In this document: positions 21,830 to 30,365 of the stretch, one piece after another
How the letters are laid out: the number at the start of each line of letters is the position of its first letter
Position numbering within the stretch: position 1 is the first letter of the stretch
NCBI GenBank assembly: GCA_964345045.1
Contig: CAYFPM010000001.1
Location: forward strand, 44,215 to 108,214
Length of the DNA stretch: 64,000 nt
From: an uncultured Gammaproteobacteria bacterium
GTDB taxonomy: Bacteria > Patescibacteriota > Patescibacteriia > Magasanikbacterales > UBA922
Direction of reading: 5' to 3'
Made by a program: the position numbers and the translations under genes
Notes under the pieces: generated by a model
What the model was told of the DNA's origin: nothing
Databases searched by the model: none
The model's input: the letters and a program-made list of their open reading frames with translations, nothing else

Positions 21830-22534
21830 ATGGAAACCCGGTTGACTGATTTTGGGATAGCTGGTAAGATATTGCGACTTCGAAATTTTAGCAACCCTAA
21901 ATCAATAATAGAAGAAGAAATCAAAAAAGGTGCTACAGCCATAATTTTGGTAGGGGACGACAATACTTTTGGAAGAATTCTTTCTAGAGCGGCTACTTGT
22001 CAAACTTTGTTTGGTTTTTTGCCGGTAGGACCAAACAATACTATCTGTGATGTGTTGGGGATCCCGGTTGGGGTAGAAGCTTGCGAAGTTTTGTCTAGAA
22101 GAAGAAAAGTAAAATTGGATATTGGTTGGATAAGCAATCGAAATAGATATTTTATTTCTCAACTTCATATTCCCTCTAGTCCGATTACCATAGAATACGA
22201 CGAAAAATTTAAAGTTTCGGGTAGAAATAAAAAAATGGAATTGGTGGTTTGTAATTTGCAACCGTTTGTTTGGAAGGATACTCGAAAGAGTAAATTTGTT
22301 GTTCACCCGCAAGATGGCAAACTAGAAGCTTTTTTGCGACCAGTAGCTGGCAAAGGAATTATAAAGGAAAAATTCGAAGAACCAAGTGTTTTCCCTTTTC
22401 AAGAAATGATTATAAGTAGTCCAACTCCATTTGTAGTAAAGGCAGACGGGGACACTAGCAAAGAGACAAAGATTGTAATAAAATTGGCTAGAAAAAGAAT
22501 AGAGATGATTGTAGGGAAAGATAGAAGTTTTTAA
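21830..22534 (+). CDS. diacylglycerol kinase catalytic-domain (YegS/BmrU-like) lipid kinase; ORF opens at 21743
   Basis: ILVGDDNTFGR (GGDGT-like) motif. Confidence 0.5.
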   Translation: METRLTDFGIAGKILRLRNFSNPKSIIEEEIKKGATAIILVGDDNTFGRILSRAATCQTLFGFLPVGPNNTICDVLGIPVGVEACEVLSRRRKVKLDIGWISNRNRYFISQLHIPSSPITIEYDEKFKVSGRNKKMELVVCNLQPFVWKDTRKSKFVVHPQDGKLEAFLRPVAGKGIIKEKFEEPSVFPFQEMIISSPTPFVVKADGDTSKETKIVIKLARKRIEMIVGKDRSF

Positions 22535-22540
22535 AATAAT

Positions 22541-22626
22541 GCTCAGGTGGCGGAATTGGTAGACGCGCTAGCTTGAGGGGCTAGTCGAGGCTTTTCTCGG
22601 TGGAGGTTCAAATCCTCTCCTGAGCA
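22541..22626 (+). tRNA. tRNA-Leu (anticodon GAG), long variable arm
   Basis: acceptor GCTCAGG/CCTGAGC, D-loop AATTGGTAGA, anticodon loop TTGAGGG, T-loop GGTTCAAATCC. Confidence 0.85.
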
Positions 22627-22633
22627 CAAAAGG

Positions 22634-22657
22634 AAACGCCGATAGGCGTTTTTTTTG
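22634..22657 (+). terminator. intrinsic terminator after tRNA-Leu
   Basis: aaacgccgataggcgtttttttt. Confidence 0.7.
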
Positions 22658-22766
22658 TGTAAAGGGAGGAAGCAGAACCTGGGGGTGGTAGGGGGAGGAA
22701 CCCCCTACATACTGTGGAGAGATGGAGAACTGGAAAGTTCTCCAGGAGCGCGAAGACGCGACGTGA

Positions 22767-22785
22767 AAATCCTCTCCTGAGCACA
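22767..22785 (+). repeat. 19-bp direct repeat of the tRNA-Leu 3-prime end (att-like)
   Basis: aaatcctctcctgagcaca identical to 22610-22628; lies between tRNA and GC-rich island. Confidence 0.7.
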
Positions 22786-23415
22786 ATTGGTCAAACAAAA
22801 AAATTCGACTTAATTAGTCGAATTTTTTGTTGTCTTGTTTTTTGTGATAAGCCGAATTTTGTACTCAGGCAAGCTGAGTGATGATCATTTCTCTAGCCAG
22901 TACATTGCTGTACTGATCATAACGAGCTAACTTATCACCAATGCGAAGCATTGGCGCTGCTCTTTCTCTAGGTAGGGTTTACCACGCTCTGGTGTCACCA
23001 CCAGAGGAGTATAGTAGCTTTTGCCAATTGAACAAAAACTTCCATACACTTTTCACCTTTCACCGACGCTCCGCATCGGAAGCTCCAATAATCAAGTTTC
23101 AAGAGACAAATTTGTAACTTGAAATTTTTGATTTGGAATTTCCAATGCGAAGCATTGGTTAGTATAGTCTCTGCGGCACTATCCCGCTCTATACCTCGCA
23201 GCATAGAGGGTGGGTGTTACCCACTACCAGGACCGACGCTCCGCGTCGGAAGCATTGGTCAGAGTTCGGACTTTCCTCTCCGACGTGACGTCGGAGCGAT
23301 CACCTACAAAGAACAAGACCAAGAAAATATAGCATAAAAATGGCGGATTGTCAAGGTAAATGAGTTGTTTTTTGGCTAAATTATAAGGGGGAAGTCTTCT
23401 AAAGGATAGGGGGTC

Positions 23416-23444
23416 TTGACAATGCAACTCATTTGCATTAGGGT
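23416..23444 (+). promoter_or_regulatory. sigma70-like promoter TTGACA-17-TAGGGT, leaderless GTG start at 23451
   Basis: cttgaca atgcaactcatttgcat tagggt ggaatc GTG. Confidence 0.45.
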
Positions 23445-23450
23445 GGAATC

Positions 23451-24326
23451 GTGAGACATCATAAATTGTTTGTCCCAATCTGTGTTCTTTTCTTTGGGAT
23501 GTGCCAGGTATCTCCTGTAGAAGCCTGCATGTACCATGGATCTGCAACCGATCACAAAGAAAAAGACGAATTGACTCTTTTGCTATCCGGGATCCTAGAA
23601 TGGCATGGCGATGTGAGTGCCGGAGCTCCTCATGCCGAAGATATCCCCGATGGTGACAAGCTTGTCTTGACGGTTGATCGAGATTTTCGTCTCTACGGGG
23701 GGGCTGTTGTAGGAAGTTGCTACCAGAGATTTTGTGCTTTTGGTCAATTCTCTCTGGGACTGGGTATCCCAAACCAACATGTGGGATTCCATTTTGCCTA
23801 CCAAATAGGCCTAACACTTCGAGCCTCTATCACTCCGGAGCTGGCGTTTTTTGTTTGGGGTCTGCTAGAGTCCCCTCACCCTGCCGAAGAAGAGGAAGAC
23901 CCTCAAACCGAAGTTGAAGTTGACGAGTCTGGAACTACTGTGACAGTCGAAATCTCTAACCCAAGTCAATCAGACAAACAAGGCAATTCTCCTGCGGGGC
24001 TGCTTGTCACTGGCATTATGGGTGAGAACTTTGGCGTGGGGGTTGGTATTTTTGGATCAGATCTTGGAGCAGGACCGGCTATTATGCTTGCTGGACGAAT
24101 AGGCTTTTTTACAGCCCACATCAGCGTAGCCGCAAATGACAAGTTTGCACGAGGAGATTTTGGGGTAGGTTTTACATCTGCATTTCTTGAAGGAGATCAC
24201 GACGAACATAAGCATACGGAACCCGAAAGTAGGTGCGAACTAAGCGAGGGGGATTGCGAGCTTTGTGGTGGACACTGGCACGAAGCTTCCAAAGGGACAG
24301 GATCCTGCCATATAGGAGAGCATTAA
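23451..24326 (+). CDS. secreted hypothetical protein with C-terminal Cys/His-rich metal-binding-like tail (GC-rich island)
   Basis: signal peptide LFVPICVLFFGMCQVSPVEA; C-terminus CELSEGDCELCGGHWHEASKGTGSCHIGEH. Confidence 0.45.
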   Translation: MRHHKLFVPICVLFFGMCQVSPVEACMYHGSATDHKEKDELTLLLSGILEWHGDVSAGAPHAEDIPDGDKLVLTVDRDFRLYGGAVVGSCYQRFCAFGQFSLGLGIPNQHVGFHFAYQIGLTLRASITPELAFFVWGLLESPHPAEEEEDPQTEVEVDESGTTVTVEISNPSQSDKQGNSPAGLLVTGIMGENFGVGVGIFGSDLGAGPAIMLAGRIGFFTAHISVAANDKFARGDFGVGFTSAFLEGDHDEHKHTEPESRCELSEGDCELCGGHWHEASKGTGSCHIGEH

Positions 24327-24551
24327 CAGTAAGATTTTCTTACTTGAGTAGGGTGTTGCGAGTGCAATGCCCTACCAAATAATCAATCTATTTTTTATAT
24401 AATTATAGAGTGTGTAGCTCTGTTTTTTATTATATTTGTTTTTGATAATTTTAGTTTTAGGCGTTGAATTAAGCGTTATTTTGGAATAATAGTCCCACGT
24501 CAAAGGATTGACTAAACGCCTTTTTTTGGCTATATTATAACTAATATTCCT

Positions 24552-25970
24552 ATGAAAAGATCAGAATTAATTATCATGATGTTGCAAGTCCCTTTGGACT
24601 TTTTGCTTTTGATACTCTCTGGAGTTTCGGCTTATTACTTGCGTTATACAAACTGGGCAATTGCGCTAAAACCGGTTCTTTTTGATATTTCAGTAACTAA
24701 TTTTATAGAAATTATCATGCCAGTAGCAGTAGTTTGGTTGGTAGTTTTTGCTTTGGCCGGGCTTTATTCGGTAGATCCAAATCGTAAACTTATGAATACT
24801 ATAGGCCGAGTATTTTTGGCTTGTTCGGCTGGTCTTTCTGTAGTAGCTCTTTATATCATGTTTACACAACAATTATTTGATTCTAGATTTTTGGCTGCAG
24901 GAACTTGGGCTTTTTCTTTACTTTACATTACTTTAGGCAGATTAATTATAAGAGGTATAAAAGCGATTTTGTATCGCAAAGGGATTGGTTCTAGGGGAGT
25001 GGCTATTATTGGCCACCATGGAGCTGCCGAAGAAATTATAAAAACATTAAAGCAAAGAAAAGAATTAGGCTATATAGTAATTGGCCAATATGTACATTTT
25101 GACAAAAATACTAAAAAAGATTTAAAAAAGAAAAAACCCGATGAAATTATTTTTACCAATCCTAGAGCTCACGAGGACGAAACTTTGGAAGCAATTGAAT
25201 TTTGCAATGATAATCATATAACTTTCAAATATTCTGCCGATCTTTTTGATACTTTTTCTACCAATATGACAGTTCACCCACTTGCCGGAATTCCTGTGGT
25301 AGAATTGAAACGGACACCTCTAGAAGGTTGGGGAAGAATAATAAAGAGGATATTCGATATCATAGCGAGCACGTTTATGATAATTATTTTTAGTCCAATT
25401 ATGCTTTTGGTAGGGATTGGAATTTTGGTAGAAACTGGTTCCCCTGTAATTTACAAAAATAAAAGAGTTGGTATTCGAGGTAACAAATTTTTTGCTTGGA
25501 AGTTTCGTTCTATGTACAAAAAAGATTGTACAGGTGAACAATTTGGCGAAAGAGGAGTTCACGCTGAAAAGAGAGAAAAAGAACTTATAAAAAAACAAAG
25601 CGTGCGAGTTGGACCAATTTATAAGATCAAAGACGATCCAAGAGTTACCAAATTTGGTAAATTTTTGCGTCGTAGTAGTTTGGACGAATTGCCGCAATTT
25701 TTTAATGTTCTTTTTGGTTCTATGAGTATAGTAGGGCCTAGACCACACCAACCGAGAGAAGTAGAACAATACGAAAAAGATCACAAACATGTCTTAACAA
25801 TCAAACCGGGTATTACTGGTCTTGCCCAAATTTCCGGTAGGAGTGATTTGTCTTTTGACGAAGAAATAAGATTGGATGTGTTTTATATAGAAAAATGGAG
25901 CTTACTGTTGGATATAATCATTTTCCTAAAAACACCTTTTATATTATTTAGAAAACGTAAAGCCTTATAA
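24552..25970 (+). CDS. undecaprenyl-phosphate sugar phosphotransferase (bacterial sugar transferase, WbaP/CpsE-like)
   Basis: multi-TM N-terminus, KRIFDIIAS...PVIYKNKRVG..KFFAWKFRSM..VGPRP. Confidence 0.85.
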   Translation: MKRSELIIMMLQVPLDFLLLILSGVSAYYLRYTNWAIALKPVLFDISVTNFIEIIMPVAVVWLVVFALAGLYSVDPNRKLMNTIGRVFLACSAGLSVVALYIMFTQQLFDSRFLAAGTWAFSLLYITLGRLIIRGIKAILYRKGIGSRGVAIIGHHGAAEEIIKTLKQRKELGYIVIGQYVHFDKNTKKDLKKKKPDEIIFTNPRAHEDETLEAIEFCNDNHITFKYSADLFDTFSTNMTVHPLAGIPVVELKRTPLEGWGRIIKRIFDIIASTFMIIIFSPIMLLVGIGILVETGSPVIYKNKRVGIRGNKFFAWKFRSMYKKDCTGEQFGERGVHAEKREKELIKKQSVRVGPIYKIKDDPRVTKFGKFLRRSSLDELPQFFNVLFGSMSIVGPRPHQPREVEQYEKDHKHVLTIKPGITGLAQISGRSDLSFDEEIRLDVFYIEKWSLLLDIIIFLKTPFILFRKRKAL

Positions 25971-26013
25971 GCAAATTAAGCAGACTAAGCAGTAAGCTTA
26001 TTACTTAGTCTGT

Positions 26014-27168
26014 TTGGTACTCAAACTTATGAAAATTGCTCTAGTTCATGATTATCTAGCTCAAGATGGGGGAGCAGAAAGAGTTTTGCAAGCGTTTCAC
26101 GAGATGTGGCCAGAAGCGCCTATTTTTGTTTTGTTTCATGATAGAGAAAAGATAAAAGGTTTTGATAAAGCCAAGATCAAAGAATCATTTATTGCCAAAT
26201 TTCCTTTTGCTAAAAAAAGATACCAATGGCTACTCCCACTTATGCCCATGGCTACCGAAAGACACAATTTGCACGAATTTGATGTGGTGTTATCGTCTAC
26301 CAGCGCTTTTGCCAAAGGAGTTTTGACTAGACCCGAGACATTGCATATTTCATACTGCCATACTCCCACCAGATATCTTTGGACAGATACTCACGAATAT
26401 ATTGCTGACTTAAAATATAATTCGGCTGTTAAGGCGCTCTTGCCTAGGATAATTCATCATATGAGATTGTGGGACAAAATGAGCGTGGATAGAGTCGATC
26501 ATTTTATTGCCAATTCCGATACTGTTCGTCATAGAATTAACAAATATTATCGTCGAGATAGCGACATTATCTATCCGCCGGTAGATACTCACAATTTCAA
26601 AGTTGCCGAAGAGGTTGGGAATTATTTTGTAACTGGTGGCAGACTAGTGCCATACAAACGTACAGATTTGGTAATTCATGTTTTCAACCGTCTTGGTTGG
26701 CCACTAAAGATTTTTGGGGATGGACCGGAATTTGCAGAGTTAAAAGCTATGGCCAAAGATAATATCGAATTTTTGGGTAGAATTAGTGATGAAGCAAAAT
26801 CCGATCTTTTGGCCAAAGCCAAAGCTTTTATTCACCCGCAGATAGAAGATTTGGGTATTACACCAATAGAATCTATGGCTAGTGGTAGACCGGTGATCGC
26901 CTATCCGGTCGGGGGAGTCACCGAGACAGTTATCCCAAATGTAACCGGACTTTTTTTCAAAGATCAAACTTGGGAATCATTGCTTGATACTATTTTGGAC
27001 TTTGATAGTCTAAATTGGGATAGCCAAACAATAAAAAAGCATGCTGAAAGATTTGGTTCGGAATTGTTTAAAGACAGAGTAAAAAAATATGTGGAAGACA
27101 GATACGAAGAATTTCAAAGAGGTTTAAACCAATGTAGGATCCCACTTAGAAACAAAATGCTGTGGTAA
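26014..27168 (+). CDS. glycosyltransferase family 4
   Basis: MKIALVHDYL N-terminus; GT-B fold signature region. Confidence 0.75.
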   Translation: MVLKLMKIALVHDYLAQDGGAERVLQAFHEMWPEAPIFVLFHDREKIKGFDKAKIKESFIAKFPFAKKRYQWLLPLMPMATERHNLHEFDVVLSSTSAFAKGVLTRPETLHISYCHTPTRYLWTDTHEYIADLKYNSAVKALLPRIIHHMRLWDKMSVDRVDHFIANSDTVRHRINKYYRRDSDIIYPPVDTHNFKVAEEVGNYFVTGGRLVPYKRTDLVIHVFNRLGWPLKIFGDGPEFAELKAMAKDNIEFLGRISDEAKSDLLAKAKAFIHPQIEDLGITPIESMASGRPVIAYPVGGVTETVIPNVTGLFFKDQTWESLLDTILDFDSLNWDSQTIKKHAERFGSELFKDRVKKYVEDRYEEFQRGLNQCRIPLRNKMLW

Positions 27169-27172
27169 TACT

Positions 27173-28327
27173 ATGAATATTGGAGTAGATATTAGATGCT
27201 TGCTTTCTTCCAAAAAAACTGGGGTAGCCAGATACACAGAAGAACTTTTGACAGCACTTTTTAAAATAGATAAGGCAAATAGCTATTATCTATTTTTTAA
27301 TTCTTATAAAGATTTTGAAGATTATCTGCCTCACTGGGAAGGGGACAATATTCATTTTGTGAAAACAAATTTTCCAAACAAAATTTTTAATTTTTTAACC
27401 AAAGTTTTTGTCTGGCCAAAGTTGGATAAGTTGGTTATAAGAAGAGTATCTAAAAATAAAATTAAAAATATAGATTATTGGTTTAGCCCAAATTTGAGTT
27501 TTACGTCACTATCAAAAAATACAAAACATATTTTATTAATTCATGATTTATCTTTTGAATTTTTGGGGGATTGTTATACCCAAAAGAGAAGACTTTGGCA
27601 CAGAGTGCTAAATCCCAAAAAACAATGTCAAAAAGCAGATTTGGTTTTGGTTCCGTCGCATAGTACAAAAAGTGATCTGTTGGATTTGTATAAACTAGAA
27701 GAAAATAAAGTAAAAATTTTGACACCGGGTTTGTCTAATGTTTTTAACTTTCAATTTTCTACGGATCAATTGAAAGCTGTAAGCGAAAAATATAATTTAC
27801 CAGATAAATTTATCTTTTTTTTGGGGACACTAGAGCCTAGAAAAAATATTATTGCTATTGTAAAAGCCTTTGAAAAATATCAAAATAAACATTCTACAAA
27901 TTACAAGCTAATAATTGCCGGTCCAAAAGGTTGGAAATATAATGAAATAATGAAATTAATTTTCGAAATACCAGGGGCAGAATATGTGGATTATATAGAA
28001 GAAAAAGACAAACCACTAGTTTACAAACTATCTAGCTTGTTTGTTTTTCCAAGTCTTTACGAAGGCTTTGGATTCCCGGTTTTGGAAGCCATGGCTTCTG
28101 GATTGCCGGTGGTTACTTCAAATTTGTCATCCCTGCCACAGCTTGTAGACGACAGTGCTAGCTTGGTTAACCCTCATAATATTACGGAAATCTCACAAGC
28201 AATAGAAACTTTGTTGGAAGATAAAGAATTAAGAGATTTTTATATAAAAAAAGGTTTTGATAGAAGTAAAAATTTTGACTGGGACAAGACATCTGAAGAG
28301 TTTCTTTCTTTTTTAAAGAGTAATTGA
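27173..28327 (+). CDS. glycosyltransferase family 4
   Basis: EGFGFPVLEAMASGLPVV motif. Confidence 0.8.
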   Translation: MNIGVDIRCLLSSKKTGVARYTEELLTALFKIDKANSYYLFFNSYKDFEDYLPHWEGDNIHFVKTNFPNKIFNFLTKVFVWPKLDKLVIRRVSKNKIKNIDYWFSPNLSFTSLSKNTKHILLIHDLSFEFLGDCYTQKRRLWHRVLNPKKQCQKADLVLVPSHSTKSDLLDLYKLEENKVKILTPGLSNVFNFQFSTDQLKAVSEKYNLPDKFIFFLGTLEPRKNIIAIVKAFEKYQNKHSTNYKLIIAGPKGWKYNEIMKLIFEIPGAEYVDYIEEKDKPLVYKLSSLFVFPSLYEGFGFPVLEAMASGLPVVTSNLSSLPQLVDDSASLVNPHNITEISQAIETLLEDKELRDFYIKKGFDRSKNFDWDKTSEEFLSFLKSN

Positions 28328-28372
28328 CCACTATTATATTGATTGATATTATATATAAATAAAAATATTACT

Positions 28373-29161
28373 ATGAACAATGAAAAAAAACCTTCTGAAA
28401 ATCAAAATTATTTAATAGAAATGGTTCAAAATGCTTTTGGAGGAAGCTGTGCTGGTAAATTTTTGGCAGTTGCTATTTTGGTATTTTTGCTTATTTATGC
28501 TGGAGCCAATGGCTGCAATAAAAGTTCACAAGCACCAAACAATACAGCCCCGCATATAACAAATAATTCCAAAAAATCTACAGAAAGTTGTAATTATAAA
28601 TTTTCAGATTTTAAAGTTGGTACCAATTTTTCCTCGCCAACAAAAGATATGGATATGGGGACTTGGCCACTAGCAAGAGTCGAAACTTTCAAAACAGATG
28701 TTAATTTGGCTGAAACATTTTCTTCTGGTGGTAGATTGGCAGATAAGTATGTGATTGTAGAAGGTGATTGCCCTGGTAGATTTTGTAATATTATTAATAT
28801 AATAGATGCAGAAACTGGTGGAGTTGTTGCACTTAATATGCAAGTTTATGGAGGGATAAAATACCAAAAGAATAGTAAACTTGTGATAGTAAATCCACCT
28901 GGTCATGATGGACAAGGATACGATGTGGGAGCAGAATTTTCTACAGATTATTATGTTCTCGAAGATGGAGTGACTAGGCTGCTTTGTAGCAAGCCTTCTC
29001 CAAATTTTAAAAAAGAATTTTGTGATAATAGACCTTTTTTGGGGGTAAGTAACCAAACCAGAGAAAGAAAGAATTTCTCCAGCTCTTGTGAAATGCCAAA
29101 TCAAAATTGGGGGGCAGCTTTGCCTAATCAAGCAACAGATAATAACTTTTGGAGTAAATAA
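28373..29161 (+). CDS. hypothetical secreted/membrane-anchored protein
   Basis: TM helix KFLAVAILVFLLIYAGA then Cys-containing extracellular region. Confidence 0.35.
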   Translation: MNNEKKPSENQNYLIEMVQNAFGGSCAGKFLAVAILVFLLIYAGANGCNKSSQAPNNTAPHITNNSKKSTESCNYKFSDFKVGTNFSSPTKDMDMGTWPLARVETFKTDVNLAETFSSGGRLADKYVIVEGDCPGRFCNIINIIDAETGGVVALNMQVYGGIKYQKNSKLVIVNPPGHDGQGYDVGAEFSTDYYVLEDGVTRLLCSKPSPNFKKEFCDNRPFLGVSNQTRERKNFSSSCEMPNQNWGAALPNQATDNNFWSK

Positions 29162-29163
29162 TA

Positions 29164-30288
29164 TTGGTTATGCGTATTGGTATAGATGCTCGCATGATGG
29201 GGGAGGGGTATGGAATTGGGCGGTATATATCACAACTTGTAAAACATTTGGAACATGCTGGTGGTAATCATCAGTATGTTTTGTTTACAAATAATACAAA
29301 CATAGAAACATACAAACATATAAACAAATCTAGTTTTGAGATAATGGAGATTAATGTTCCTTGGTACTCTTGGCAAGAGCAGTTGAAGATGCCTGGAATT
29401 ATAAAAAAAGCAAAAGTAGACTTGATGCATTTTCCGCATTGGAATGTTCCAATTTTTTATTCAGATCCTTTTGTCCTTACAATTCACGATTTAATAATGT
29501 TTCATTATTCTAGGCCACAAGCAACTACCTTAGGACCAATTAAATTTTTTATAAAAGACCAAGTACATAGATTGGTATTGAAGCTAGCGGCCAAGAGAGC
29601 CAAACATATTTTGGTAACTAGCGAGTTTACCAAGCACGATGTGGCCAAAACTTTGGGAGTCGATAAAAACAAAATGACAACAACTTATCAGGCGCCATTT
29701 GTTGTTAAGGAACAAGAAACAAGAGACAAGGAACAAGTTTTAAAAAAATATAATATCGACAAACCGTATGTTTTGTATGTTGGTTCTGCTTATCCGCACA
29801 AAAATTTACCTAATTTATTAGGAGCTTGGCAAATTTTTTGTGAAAAATATGGAGAAGATTATCAACTGGTTTTGGTTGGCAAAAAAGATGTTTTTTGGAA
29901 GAAGCAAGAATTAAAAATAAAAAATAAAGAATCTATTATTTTTACTGGATTTGTCCCCGACAAAGAACTGTCTGTTTTTTACCAAAATGCTGATTTGTAT
30001 GTATTTCCATCTTTTTACGAAGGTTTTGGTTTGCCACCACTCGAAGCCATGCTACATGGAGTTCCGGTAGTTTCCTCTAGTAATTCTTGTCTGCCAGAAG
30101 TTCTCGGTGAGGCCGTTCTTTATTTTGATCCCAATCACCAGTCTCAAATTGCCGAAGTAATTTACAAAGGGTTGACTGATGAAAATATCCGTCGAACCCT
30201 TAGACTTGCTAGTAAAAAAGAGTTAAAAAGGTACTCATGGCAGAAACTGGCAGAACAAACAAGAGATATCTACGAAAAGAATATTTAA
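29164..30288 (+). CDS. glycosyltransferase family 4
   Basis: EGFGLPPLEAMLHGVPVV motif. Confidence 0.8.
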   Translation: MVMRIGIDARMMGEGYGIGRYISQLVKHLEHAGGNHQYVLFTNNTNIETYKHINKSSFEIMEINVPWYSWQEQLKMPGIIKKAKVDLMHFPHWNVPIFYSDPFVLTIHDLIMFHYSRPQATTLGPIKFFIKDQVHRLVLKLAAKRAKHILVTSEFTKHDVAKTLGVDKNKMTTTYQAPFVVKEQETRDKEQVLKKYNIDKPYVLYVGSAYPHKNLPNLLGAWQIFCEKYGEDYQLVLVGKKDVFWKKQELKIKNKESIIFTGFVPDKELSVFYQNADLYVFPSFYEGFGLPPLEAMLHGVPVVSSSNSCLPEVLGEAVLYFDPNHQSQIAEVIYKGLTDENIRRTLRLASKKELKRYSWQKLAEQTRDIYEKNI

Positions 30289-30331
30289 AAAGTTATTAAG
30301 GTCGCTTTTTACAAGCGATTTTTTTATTTGT

Positions 30332-30358
30332 TTGTGATATAATAAGCCTATCACAAAC
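30332..30358 (+). promoter_or_regulatory. 9-bp inverted repeat (operator-like) immediately upstream of DUF4012 gene
   Basis: tttgtgata taataagcc tatcacaaa. Confidence 0.4.
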
Positions 30359-30365
30359 ACTTTGT

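Noticed and set aside
22627-22790. Interpreting the 140-bp segment between tRNA-Leu and its 3-prime repeat as a complete integrated element
   Set aside because: Far too short to encode anything; more likely a remnant/secondary att site with the real island lying beyond; cannot be resolved without the rest of the genome
23224-23817. 197-aa minus-strand ORF in the GC-rich region
   Set aside because: Overlaps the better-supported plus-strand secreted-protein gene and the hairpin cluster; typical antisense shadow ORF in GC-rich DNA; no start context
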